Assembly: GCA_963809895.1 (NCBI GenBank)
Contig: CAWELD010000003.1
Span: forward strand, 1,536,001 to 1,600,000
Length of the DNA stretch: 64,000 nucleotides
Source of the DNA: an uncultured Gemmatimonadales bacterium
GTDB lineage: Bacteria > Gemmatimonadota > Gemmatimonadetes > Longimicrobiales > Gaopeijiaceae
Reading direction: 5' to 3'
Shown: in pieces, positions 29,990 to 39,691 of the stretch
Position numbering within the stretch: position 1 is the first letter of the stretch
How the letters are laid out: each line of letters begins with the position of its first letter
Made by a program: the position numbers and the translations under genes
Notes under the pieces: generated by a model
Databases searched by the model: none
Told to the model about the DNA's origin: nothing
The model's input: only the letters and a program-made list of their open reading frames with translations

Positions 29990-30780
29990 TGATCCCCATC
30001 GGTGGCAATCTGACCCGCGGGGAACGCGCCGCCCGGCGTGACGCATGGGCCAAGGAAGACGGGTTCCCCACCTGGCACGAATACGAGGGCTACGCGGAGG
30101 GACTTCAGGGCCACGAGGTCTGCGGCTCCCCGAAGACCAAGGAGGAAGCGCCAGGACTTCCCGGGACCGGGTCCGAAACGACCCTGTCTCCGCTATCCGG
30201 TCACAGGAATGACGCGCTGCAAGCTCCATGGCGGCGCTTCCTTGGTCGGATCCGCCAACCCGCACTTCCGGCACGGGAAGCGAGAGTCGCTTCGTCGGGC
30301 TCCCTGACAAGATCCGGGAACGGGCCGAACAGCTCTTCGAGGACCCCAACCTCATCTCGCTCCGCGACCGGATCGCCGTGAACGACGCCCGCGAGCGCGA
30401 GCTCTGGGAGACGCTGGACAACGGAACGTCCGTGGAGTACTGGGAGAGGGCGCGGAACGCCCTCGAGGACATGCGGCGAGCCAGGGCCAACCGGGATGCG
30501 GGGCCGCCTCGCCGAAGCGTTAGACGCGGCTGGACGCGGTCGACGGATCAAGCGCTGCGACAGGAAAGCCATCTGGAGCCAGATTCGCGAGGTCCAGGAG
30601 CACGGGCGGAAGCTTCGTCGGGAGGAACGGCAGCTCATGGAGGCCGCCAGTCACTACCTCAGGGCCGACGAAGCTAAGCTGTTCGCGATCCGGATTCTGG
30701 ATATGGCCATCGAGAGCATCCGGCAGGTCGCTACCGTCGGCGAGCAAGAAGGCGATCTCGGACCTACTCGAAGCGCGTGG
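29990..30780 (+). pseudogene. HGGxSTG-domain phage protein (terminase small-subunit-like), multiply frameshifted; boundaries approximate
   Basis: EVCGS.., PCLRYP..TRCKLHGGAS..NPHFRHG, then a helical region spread over three frames. Confidence 0.55.
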
Positions 30781-31569
30781 AGAGCGCTACTGGAGTCAAG
30801 CCGGGGGCTGACCCCTTCATGGGCTTCGTCGAGATCCAGGGGTCCCTCGGCGGGTTATGCCGTATGGTGCTCCGATCCGGCGCGCGGTCATATCGGAATT
30901 GGCAAACGGCCGAACCCGAACCCACAGAGGTAGCGGCACGGCTCTTCGGCCGGGTGGATGTCGCCGCAGGTCTCGCAGATGGCGAGCCCGAGGCGCTCCG
31001 CAAGGTCCGAGTCCTTCTCAAGAGCGTCGGCAACGCGGCCCCACGCCTCGACGCCTATCTCCATGATTCCAACGCCGCCGTCACTGACACCGTTCTGCAT
31101 GATGCTCCTCGGTAGGGGGAGGAAGGTCACTACCTTCCATCCATAGCAGCCGAGGTATCAGGTCTACAAGGTGTAGCCCGTGAAGGCTGGGCCGCCCCCG
31201 CAATTCCCGAAGACCCCAACTCTTGAGCGTATGGGATCATGAACAAGATGAAGAGATACCACGGCAGAGACGCTCATGGGTGCGGTAGGCGGCGCGTGAC
31301 AGCGGTAGCCGATCCTTCTTCGAGGCGGTCGAGTTCGGTACCCTTCGCTGGCTTCCGTGGTTGAGTCGCCACCGCCTGTTCGAACCCATCGGTGACATGC
31401 CGCCCACTAAGTACGAAGAGGCATTCGTTCGCGCTCAATACGCTCCCGCAGAGCTATTGAGACCCAACCGAAACTGTCTCCGGTGAACCCGGAGGGATTC
31501 ATCTTCGCTGATTATGGGACGCTTGCCCCGCCCAGTAGCGGACGCCATGCCCCCATGATGCCTATCCCT

Positions 31570-31776
31570 ACCCTGGTCCAGGTCGGCCTGCTTGATCAAG
31601 CTGCGGATCGTCTGGGCCGAGGGCTCGAACCCTAGACAACTCCTCAGGTGTACGACCTGCTCGGACCAGCTCGACCATCTGCTCCCGAAACTCGGGAGGG
31701 TACGGCGATCTCGATCTCGCATGATGAACTCCTTTCTCCGTAGAGATCTGGTGTCCACCAAACCGGGTCAACTCCA
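31570..31776 (-). mobile_element. IS3-family remnant (left IR plus truncated orfA)
   Basis: TGGAGTTGACCCGGTTTGGTGGACACC terminal IR at 31776-31750; YPPEFREQMVELVRAG..FEPSAQTIR..KQADLD with frameshifts; no orfB. Confidence 0.85.
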
Positions 31777-31803
31777 CTCTTCGCCCTCCGGCTCTCCACC
31801 CAC

Positions 31804-33012
31804 TCACCTAAGAGTGAACCGCACCAGCGCAGCCACACCCACCTCATCGACTTGGTACCCCCAGCCAGTCCCATTATTGATGTATCTCGGATAGAGCCCC
31901 GGCGGCGCCTTGAAACGCGCCAGTAGGACCCCGTCAGGAGCCAGAAGGTCAAACGTCGTACTGTCCCCGCGGGCAAACGGATGGGGGTCCAAGTCGGCAC
32001 GCTCAACCATGAGCGTTCCGCCGGATATCACTGCGAGCGACCGGACCTTTGGGCGGTACGCAGGCACAGGGAGCTTCAGCACCGCCGGGACAATGACGTC
32101 GGTAAGTGGGCACCCCGAGGTAGCGGAGCGAAACTGTTCACACCTCTTCCTCTCGCGCTCAACGTATTCATCGATCAATTGGGGAGTGACGGGTAAAGGG
32201 GGAGCATCCACCCTCAGAAGTCTCTCCAAGTTGCCCTTGGCGCTTCGCACGGCAATCTCGTAGCCACCGCCTCGACTGATGAAGACTCTGGCCTCATCGT
32301 CAAGCGTTGCCACGGGCGGGGATGAGAGAAGAGGGCCTACCACGTAACCGTGAACGACTCGAGCGTCATGACCGTACGCAAATAGCTCACGGACGAGCGT
32401 GGTGGCAGGCTGCGCGGGATCTACCCGATGAAGCTCTATCACGCCGCCAAGACCACTCATGTCCAATGCGGCAACGGTGGCGAACCAACCGTCCTGTGTC
32501 GCGTACACACGGACGAGATACCTTGGACCACCCGATCCGAACGGAACTCCCACGCTCCCAAGGTAGGTTCCTCGCGATGAATAGAAATGGGCGCCGCGCG
32601 AGTCGACGACTGCGACCGTGTCCCGGTGTACCGCCAAGCTTACCGGTCCATCAAATTCTCCCGGTCCCATGCCCCTCCTCCCCCATCCCGTGAGGAATTC
32701 TCCATCACGACTGAATACATAAACTCGGGCATCGAGCCCGTCCAAGACAAAGACCCTTCCGGTCCGCGGCGCGACTTGAACATCCGTGATGGAGCCGAAG
32801 TAACCCTGTCTCGCATCGTCTCGGAACGAATCAACACTCGCACTCACCGTCAACACAGGGAACGTCTCGGGTTCGGCATGCCATTCGCTGATCCGCACCC
32901 CACCGCTATCGACGACCGTGGCCTTGGCCGAACGCCCCAAAGGCCTACTGCAGGCGGTCAACGCGGAGGACGCCACCAGGCAGCAGGTAAGCGACAATCG
33001 GGTGGCTAACAT
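31804..33012 (-). CDS. 6-bladed beta-propeller (NHL-like) lipoprotein
   Basis: LTAC lipobox; GRVFVLD..VYVF..GEFL..WGRRGMGPGEF motif. Confidence 0.8.
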   Translation of the reverse strand: MLATRLSLTCCLVASSALTACSRPLGRSAKATVVDSGGVRISEWHAEPETFPVLTVSASVDSFRDDARQGYFGSITDVQVAPRTGRVFVLDGLDARVYVFSRDGEFLTGWGRRGMGPGEFDGPVSLAVHRDTVAVVDSRGAHFYSSRGTYLGSVGVPFGSGGPRYLVRVYATQDGWFATVAALDMSGLGGVIELHRVDPAQPATTLVRELFAYGHDARVVHGYVVGPLLSSPPVATLDDEARVFISRGGGYEIAVRSAKGNLERLLRVDAPPLPVTPQLIDEYVERERKRCEQFRSATSGCPLTDVIVPAVLKLPVPAYRPKVRSLAVISGGTLMVERADLDPHPFARGDSTTFDLLAPDGVLLARFKAPPGLYPRYINNGTGWGYQVDEVGVAALVRFTLR

Positions 33013-33121
33013 CAGGGATGCACCAAGAGACGGTGATTCGAAATGGGCGATGAGGCCCCCTCGCCACATTGGGCAGGGGGCCTCAAACGCAGGACCTCAT
33101 CTGGAACGGTCTCCTGCTAGG

Positions 33122-33595
33122 TCAGTCGAAGCGTTCGGCTGTAGTTCGCATGCGCTGAACGCTCTTGGTTATGATGGCCGGTGAGAGCGACAGGCTTGCC
33201 ACAACGGCGGAACGATCACAGGACAACAATTGCAGCGCGTGCCGCTCCTCGTTCACGGAAATCCAAGGTCCCAAGCGCGGGATCAACGCGACGAGTTCTT
33301 GAGTATCTCCAATCTCCGCTGCGTGCTGAGCCGCGCGATAAGCGACACCAAGGACGAAATCGTCTTGGGCGGGATTGCACGGCTGATAGTGGATAGGAAA
33401 CTCCCCGACGTCCGGCTCGCAACTGTCATGAGGGTACTCCAGCGCCCCCGAGGGGATCAGCGGAGCCCAATGGTAGCCAGAGCCACAACCATCCGCCACC
33501 TTGTTTGTGCAGAATGATCCTTGAGCGGACAGAGTCGCTGGCACGAACACGAGAACGAATGCTCCAAACCGCGATAGCCATGGACATACTCGCAT
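33122..33595 (-). CDS. Small secreted Cys/His-containing protein
   Basis: AAGGAGG RBS, signal peptide ending LSA-Q, HDSC..HYQPC, NEERHALQLLSC. Confidence 0.7.
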   Translation of the reverse strand: MRVCPWLSRFGAFVLVFVPATLSAQGSFCTNKVADGCGSGYHWAPLIPSGALEYPHDSCEPDVGEFPIHYQPCNPAQDDFVLGVAYRAAQHAAEIGDTQELVALIPRLGPWISVNEERHALQLLSCDRSAVVASLSLSPAIITKSVQRMRTTAERFD

Positions 33596-33634
33596 GGCGT
33601 CCTCCTTTAGAAAGGGATGAAAAAGGACGAGGCC

Positions 33635-34806
33635 CTACCCTCTTCTGTTAGTTGTTCCCATTTGCGCTGGCTGAGTCGAGAAGCGAAGAATGTACACTGA
33701 CCAGTTGCCGTCGTCGTCGGTGGAGCTGATTGCCACGGTACCGTTCTCCAGCACCTGGCATGGCACCCCGTGGAGTTCTATTGAGTCCACAAGCCGGTGC
33801 GACTTCCGATCAAACACCTCCACAATCGACCGATACGTCACGTCAGCAAAAGACCCGCCGGACCCGGACTCGTCCACGCGTTTCGTCAACAAGGTCCAGA
33901 CTTCTCGTTCGTTGACTAGAACGCCATTGAGAAATGCGGGCGATGGCTCATCCGGGGCCCTCGCAGCCGGAAACCACTCGGGGTGCCGCACGAGCGAGTC
34001 GAGGGGAGTGCCGATCGAATCCAAGACGTGGATTGTATAGTCCAAGGCTCTTGCCGACCATATCAGTCCTGACGTCACCCAGAATCGCCTTCGCGCTTCT
34101 TCGGGGTTTTCATTGAAGTTGAGATCGCTATCGCCGTCCGTCAGAGACCGGATGACCTTAGCGGATGGGCCGCTTAGATCAACGATATGGATCGGCAGAC
34201 CTGCGGCTTCAGGCGTGAAGATCGATGCACCCATTACGACGCGACGGGGCCAGTCGAGAGCCGCTACCTGTCCTTTGAACCCGGGCACACCATCGATCGT
34301 TCGTACAACATCGAGTTCTGGGCCAACAATCGTGATCTTTGGTGAGGCAGCGTCCACTACCACGATGGAATCGGCGATTGGAAGGCTCCAAACGGGCCGA
34401 ACAAATGTAGGGCCAGCCCCATTGCCTGACCTCACATGCCCGAATGGCCTTGCCCCGGTGCCATCGGCCCAAGTTACGATGGGAGCTTGGCCCGGGGCGA
34501 TCAACCAGTAGCGCCCATTCGAATCCCGATTCACCGAAATCGGAGGCGACGGAAGGCGCTTCAGAAGCTCGCTATCAGCGAGGACGGCGATCGTGTCGAC
34601 CGAGATCACGACCTCGTCCAACGATTGCGCTCGAATGGCATGCGGGCCCAACGTCACCCCCAGGGCCAAGACCGCAGCCGCCGCCAGACCACTGCCTCGG
34701 GCACCCTGACCCGTGGAACCACCTCCGCCCAGGAGCCTCTGGCCTTGCTGGTGAGTGATCCCATTCGAGACGTCAGGTCCCAAGGCGGCATTCGGGGTAC
34801 GAATCA
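33635..34806 (-). CDS. Divergent beta-propeller exported protein (start uncertain)
   Basis: Hydrophobic signal ending IRA-Q; GNGAGPTF, DSIVVVD, SIVEVFD blade motifs. Confidence 0.65.
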
Positions 34807-35059
34807 TTGCATCGGCCTGTGAGGAAACAAGAGAGGCTCGACCATAAGTACTTATACGCCCTGGCTTGCGATAAAGCAAGCATCCGCGCCATGCTACGGA
34901 ACCTAGGCCGCCCTAGAGGCCGAATGTGACGCGGTATTCTGCTGGCCGCGCGCCTTGGCGCGGAGGCCGCCATTGAGCGCGGTGGTTCGGCTGACGTGCC
35001 GGTGGCTCGATCCCCGAGCGGTTTGTAAGATTGGAATAGCCGAGCCGACCAGAGCTCGC

Positions 35060-35158
35060 ATGTCACAGACCACTTCGAAAGGCAGGATTCTCGGTGCAGT
35101 CCGTGGGCTCCCCGAAAACGCCACGGTGGCCGAGGCAAGGAAGCGTCGTTCTTACTGA
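35060..35158 (+). pseudogene. Truncated small antitoxin-like gene
   Basis: MSQTTSKGRILGAVRGLPENATVAEA resembles the N-terminus of small RelE/ParE-associated antitoxins; stops early. Confidence 0.35.
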
Positions 35159-35211
35159 CTCACGAGGTTCGAATTGGGTCTTCATCAGGCTGAAGCCGGA
35201 AGAGCGGTAGG

Positions 35212-36462
35212 ATGGATTGGCCGCTGATGACACTCCAGGGACGCAATTGGTCTTGCTGGTTCGGCGCCACCTGTGTGGTGGTTGCCGTCTTCGGGGTGGC
35301 CTCACCGGCCCGGGCCCAGGTCGTCACAGGCCATGTCCGCTCTTCCGAGTCGGGAACACCGATCCCGATGGCCCTGGTGACCCTCGTCGACGACGAGGGT
35401 GTGGAATGGCGTAGAGTCCTCACCGAGGCAAGTGGTCGGTTTTCCGTCCCGGCGCCTTCTGAACGCCAATGGACCGTCGTCGTTGAGGCCTTGGGCTTCG
35501 AGACGTACCGAGACACCGTCTCGGCGGGCGACTGGGAGGCGGGACCGCTGGACCTGCTCCTGGCTCCGCGGCCCATCGGCCTACCGGGGCTGGAGGTGGG
35601 GGTCAAGCGGCGTTGCGGGGAACGGTCGGGAGCTCCAGGCGTGATCGACGCATGGTCATACGCTCGTGGGCTGTTCAGCAGCTATTTCGAGCCAACGCAG
35701 GCGCGCCAGTACCGTCTCCGTTATGAACTCACGGTAGCCCGCGTCCTACCCAGGGAAGGAGGCTACAAGCAAGACCCGATCGTGGAATCCGTCGACACCG
35801 CCTGGCTCACAGAGTCCATTCCGGTCCAGGATCGTGACGCGGCCGAATTGGCCGAGGACGGCTTCATCGTCCCCGTGGTGCCAGGCCTCGATATGACCTA
35901 CGATTACGCCTACTATCTACCGGATCCGGGCGTCTTGCTGTCCAGCGAGTTTCTGGAGACCCACTGCTTCTTCCTGCGGCCCGAGTCCGACGGCGGCGAT
36001 TGGATCGGGTTGGGCTTCGAACCCGACCGGGTGTCGGATCTAGAGTATGACGTCGAGGGCACGCTTTGGATGCCGACGCGTGCGGGCGGGTTCCCTCGCA
36101 TCGAGTTTCGACACACGCACTACCCCCGCGAAAGTGAACTGTGGTTCTACGGGGGTCCTCGACAGGCCGCCAATTGGGGCTTCCAGCTCGATGCCCTTGG
36201 AGACAGAGTGGGCGGTTCGATGTCTCTGAGCCTCGTGCCGGACATCGGGTGGGTCGTGCACGAGTTGGAACTCCGCGTGCCCTACGTAAGGCGCCATCAA
36301 GCACCCGTTGCCGGCTCGGATTTCCGCCCGTACCTGAGACGTGGTGAGAACATCCGCAATCTCGAAGGGTGCTGTGGCCTCACCTTTCCGGCGCATTGGT
36401 ACCTTCACCACGTCGAGCTTCGGAGGTTCGTGTTGTTGTCCGCCCAAACAGGCGGTGGGTGA
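35212..36462 (+). CDS. Carboxypeptidase-regulatory-like (CarboxypepD_reg) domain exported protein
   Basis: Signal peptide ending ARA-Q; VTGHV..GTPIPMALVTL..GRFS..ALGF; FLETHCF and DVEGTLW motifs. Confidence 0.75.
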   Translation: MDWPLMTLQGRNWSCWFGATCVVVAVFGVASPARAQVVTGHVRSSESGTPIPMALVTLVDDEGVEWRRVLTEASGRFSVPAPSERQWTVVVEALGFETYRDTVSAGDWEAGPLDLLLAPRPIGLPGLEVGVKRRCGERSGAPGVIDAWSYARGLFSSYFEPTQARQYRLRYELTVARVLPREGGYKQDPIVESVDTAWLTESIPVQDRDAAELAEDGFIVPVVPGLDMTYDYAYYLPDPGVLLSSEFLETHCFFLRPESDGGDWIGLGFEPDRVSDLEYDVEGTLWMPTRAGGFPRIEFRHTHYPRESELWFYGGPRQAANWGFQLDALGDRVGGSMSLSLVPDIGWVVHELELRVPYVRRHQAPVAGSDFRPYLRRGENIRNLEGCCGLTFPAHWYLHHVELRRFVLLSAQTGGG

Positions 36463-36689
36463 ACATCGTGAGCATCAGCGCGCACAGGCGGCGACGGACC
36501 TCATCGACTCCAGATCAGTGACATATGCAAGATTCAAGTTTCAATGGCGAATCGCCCGGCTTTAACCGCCTTTGACTGCTGGTTGAGGCTCTGGTGCGAG
36601 CACTCATGGCGACCGTTCTAGCTGGGCTTCCGCTCTCGATCGAACCCGAGCCCAACGCGGTCCGAACGTGCGGGCGGGGCGCGTCGCCC

Positions 36690-36713
36690 CTGTGCACAAA
36701 CCTGTGCACAAAC
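36690..36713. repeat. Putative integrase arm-type sites (right)
   Basis: Perfect tandem CTGTGCACAAAC x2. Confidence 0.7.
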
Positions 36714-36816
36714 GAAGCCCCGAACCCCGTGAATCGCCGTCGCAGGCGTCCACGAGATCCGGGGCTCATGCCGCATTCCTACGCGACATCCGGGAAATCA
36801 GCCCAAAGGCCGGTGA

Positions 36817-36866
36817 GCTTGTAAGGCAGGCGCTCTAAACCAGGCTGAGCTAAGCGCCCTCGGGGT
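36817..36866. repeat. att site, right copy (displaced 5' fragment of tRNA-Val)
   Basis: GCTTGTAAGGCAGGCGCTCTAAACCAGGCTGAGCTAAGCGCCCTCGGGGT; 49/50 match to 19153-19202. Confidence 0.95.
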
Positions 36867-37101
36867 CGTGCCGCACGCGAGTCTGCATCGACCGACGCCG
36901 GAAGCTAGCGGCGCGGCCCGGGACGTGTACACCTCCCGAAACCCGCACCCCTCGCGGCCCGTCGTGCACGGGTATGAACACCCGCTGCACCATCGGACTC
37001 TCGACGCCCCGCCCGCCACGCCCCATCTTTGAGGCCCCGCGACCCTTCGGCCTCCATGTCGGCCCCCCCAACACCACGGCCCCGAGTGGCCCAACGGGGA
37101 T

Positions 37102-37785
37102 ATGACTCGAACACTCATTCTCGGCTCGCTCCTGGGCCTCTTCTCCGGTGCCGTGCCCGGCCCCTTCACCGCCATGATCGCGGTGACGGCGCTGCGCCAC
37201 GGGTTCTGGGCGGGCTTCCGCGTCGCCGTCATCCCCCTGGCGTCGGAGACGGCGGTGATGGCGCTGACGGCGCTCCTGCTGTCCCAGCTCCCCGGGCAGG
37301 CACTCCGCTGGATGGGCATCGTCGGCGGCGTGTTCGTCTTCTTCCTGGCCATGCGCACCTTCAAGGAGTCGCGGGAGAGCCCCCACGAGGAACCGGAGGT
37401 GAGCTCCGGCCGCCGCACCCTGGAGAGCATGCTCCTGGCCGTGTTGTCGCCAGCGCCCTGGGTCTTCTGGCTCCTGGTGGGCTCACCGCTCTTCCTGGGC
37501 GCCTACCATCAGGGTTGGGGCCACGCCGCGGCCTTCCTGGGCTCGTTCCTGGGGGTCTTCGTGGGGATCTACGTGGGCGTGGCGCGCGCCGCCTCGTTCG
37601 GGCACAAGCGCCTGCCGGAGCACTGGTACCGACGGATCATGGTGGGGGCCGCGGTGGGCTTGTTCCTGGCCGGGGTGGTGCTGGTCTGGCAGTCGTGGGT
37701 GGGCAACTTCCACCGCATGGTCACGGGCTCCCAGAGCATCCGGGACATCGTCCAGGACACGCTCCGGATCCACGGATCCCGGTAG
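37102..37785 (+). CDS. LysE family translocator
   Basis: GAVPGP..G..AG motif, LSPAPWVFW, multiple TM helices. Confidence 0.85.
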   Translation: MTRTLILGSLLGLFSGAVPGPFTAMIAVTALRHGFWAGFRVAVIPLASETAVMALTALLLSQLPGQALRWMGIVGGVFVFFLAMRTFKESRESPHEEPEVSSGRRTLESMLLAVLSPAPWVFWLLVGSPLFLGAYHQGWGHAAAFLGSFLGVFVGIYVGVARAASFGHKRLPEHWYRRIMVGAAVGLFLAGVVLVWQSWVGNFHRMVTGSQSIRDIVQDTLRIHGSR

Positions 37786-37841
37786 GGACCCACCGGCGGC
37801 GGCCCATACCGACGAGGCGGGGTCGCGCCCGGCGCCTGCGT

Positions 37842-38015
37842 TCAGGAGCCGATGAGAATCGGAAGCGCCGCCAGACCGATGTAGGCCAGGAAGGCCACGA
37901 GCATCCAGCGCACGAAGATCCGCCCTCGCTGCACGTTGGCGGTGGCCCGATTGGAGGCCACAAGGAGCGCCACGCCCAGCGCGACGATGACGGCGAGCAG
38001 GATGGGCAGGCTCAT
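37842..38015 (-). CDS. Small two-TM membrane protein (57 aa)
   Basis: MSLPILLAVIVALGVALL...; GAGGGG RBS; not in the ORF track. Confidence 0.6.
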   Translation of the reverse strand: MSLPILLAVIVALGVALLVASNRATANVQRGRIFVRWMLVAFLAYIGLAALPILIGS

Positions 38016-38029
38016 GGGCCGTCCCCTCG

Positions 38030-38230
38030 TCAGAGGATGATGGCCAGGGGCAGGAGCACCACGTAACCCAGCACCAGCAGGAGCGGCGCGGCCGTGATGG
38101 AGCCCTGGGCCAGCAACCAGTAGCCCAGGACCAAGGCCACGAGACCCGCCAACGCCATCGCCAGATTGACGCGGCTGAATCGGAGGGAGCCCACGTCTCC
38201 CTCGGCGGGGCTGGATCTACGCTTGGTCAT
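38030..38230 (-). CDS. Small membrane protein (DUF3098-like)
   Basis: FSRVNL...LGY..L....SITAAPLLLVLGYVV pattern. Confidence 0.7.
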   Translation of the reverse strand: MTKRRSSPAEGDVGSLRFSRVNLAMALAGLVALVLGYWLLAQGSITAAPLLLVLGYVVLLPLAIIL

Positions 38231-38293
38231 GGTGTCCAAGGCTACCGGGTCGGTGGCTTGCGATCAAGACGCCATCCCCCGCATCACGCCGCG

Positions 38294-39691
38294 TCACGAG
38301 CCCGGGACCTCCAACTCGAAGCGATCCACGTAGCGCTGAAGGCGCGATCGGGAGATCCCCAGCACCCGGGCGGCCTCGCTCTTGTTGCCCTCGGTGTGAT
38401 GGAGCACGTGCTGGACGTGCTCGGCCACGACGCGGTCCAGGCTGAGGTCTTCGCCCTCGGGTCCCGGTTTCCCCTGGCGAATGCCGCCGGTCCCTTCACT
38501 GGTCCCTCCGTCCATGCCCAGGTTCAGGTGCTCCGCCGTGATGGCAGTGCCCCGGGCCACGATGGCGGCCCGGGTGAGGGCATTCTCCATCTCGCGGACG
38601 TTGCCGGGCCAGGCATACCCTTTGAGCTGCTCCATGGCGGCGTCGGCGATGTGGCGCACGGCGCTCCCGGTCTCCCTGCGGATGCGCGCCAGGAGTGCGT
38701 CGGCCAGGAGCGGGATGTCGTCCCTGCGATCACGCAACGGCGGAACCTCGATCTCCACCACGCGCAGGCGGAAATAGAGATCCTCGCGAAAGCTGCCCTC
38801 CTCGACCAGCGCCTCCATGGGCTGGTGGGTGGCGGCGATGACGCGGGCATCCGTGTGCCTGGGAGCCTCGCCGCCCACCGGATAGTAGGTGCGTTCCTGA
38901 AGCACCCGCAGGAGCTTGGTCTGGAACTCCGGCGAGGTGTCACCGATCTCGTCCAGGAAGATGGTGCCGCTGCCGGCGAGCTCGAAGTAGCCCTTGCGCC
39001 CCTTCACCGCGCCCGTGAACGCGCCCTTCACGTGCCCGAAGAGCTCGGACTCCAGAAGGGTGTCGGTGAGCGCCGTGCAGTTCACGGCGATGAAGGGCTC
39101 CTCGGCGTGGGCCGAGTTGGCGTGGATGGCCCGGGCGACCATCTCCTTGCCGGTTCCGGTCTCGCCGCGCACCAGCACAGTGGCTCGGTTACGCGCCAGC
39201 ACGCCGATCATCTTGTAGATCTCGATCATGCGCGGATTGCGACCCACCACGTGCCCGCGATGCCCGGCCTCCGGCTCGTCGGTCTCCTCGACCTCGCCGT
39301 GCTCCTCCCGCACCTCGCGGTTGAGCTCCTGCTCCTCGAGGCATCGCTTCACGAGCTCGTCCAGCTCGCTGAGCTTCACCGGCTTGACCAGGTAGTCGAA
39401 GGCTCCGGCCTTCATGGCCGACACGGCGGTGTCCATGTCCTCGTGGGCCGTCATGACCATGACGTCGATGGTCGGACGGGTCTCCATGATCTTCTCCAGG
39501 AGCTCCAGTCCGCTGAGGCCGCCCATGCGGAGGTCGGTGACGATGACGGCGGGCTCGAAGCTCGCCACCTTGCCCAGCGCGGCCTCGGCCGACTCCACGG
39601 TCTGGACCTCGTGTCCGCTGTGGCGCAGCTTCTCGGCCAACGCCTCGCGGATGCCTTCCTCGTCGTCGACGATGAGAATACGAGCGCTCAT
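38294..39691 (-). CDS. Sigma-54-dependent response regulator (NtrC family)
   Basis: REC domain (ILIVDD, DLRMG), GETGTGKE, GAFTGA, WPGNVRE, Fis-type HTH. Confidence 0.95.
   Translation of the reverse strand: MSARILIVDDEEGIREALAEKLRHSGHEVQTVESAEAALGKVASFEPAVIVTDLRMGGLSGLELLEKIMETRPTIDVMVMTAHEDMDTAVSAMKAGAFDYLVKPVKLSELDELVKRCLEEQELNREVREEHGEVEETDEPEAGHRGHVVGRNPRMIEIYKMIGVLARNRATVLVRGETGTGKEMVARAIHANSAHAEEPFIAVNCTALTDTLLESELFGHVKGAFTGAVKGRKGYFELAGSGTIFLDEIGDTSPEFQTKLLRVLQERTYYPVGGEAPRHTDARVIAATHQPMEALVEEGSFREDLYFRLRVVEIEVPPLRDRRDDIPLLADALLARIRRETGSAVRHIADAAMEQLKGYAWPGNVREMENALTRAAIVARGTAITAEHLNLGMDGGTSEGTGGIRQGKPGPEGEDLSLDRVVAEHVQHVLHHTEGNKSEAARVLGISRSRLQRYVDRFELEVPGS

Larger units (their letters stand above)
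19153..36866. mobile_element. Integrative genomic island / degraded prophage-like element in tRNA-Val
   Basis: 50-bp direct repeats at both ends, adjacent integrase and excisionase, visibly more A/T-rich sequence, defence cargo. Confidence 0.92.

Noticed and set aside
36817..36866. Second tRNA-Val gene
   Set aside because: Only the 5' half up to the anticodon arm is present; it is the att duplicate.
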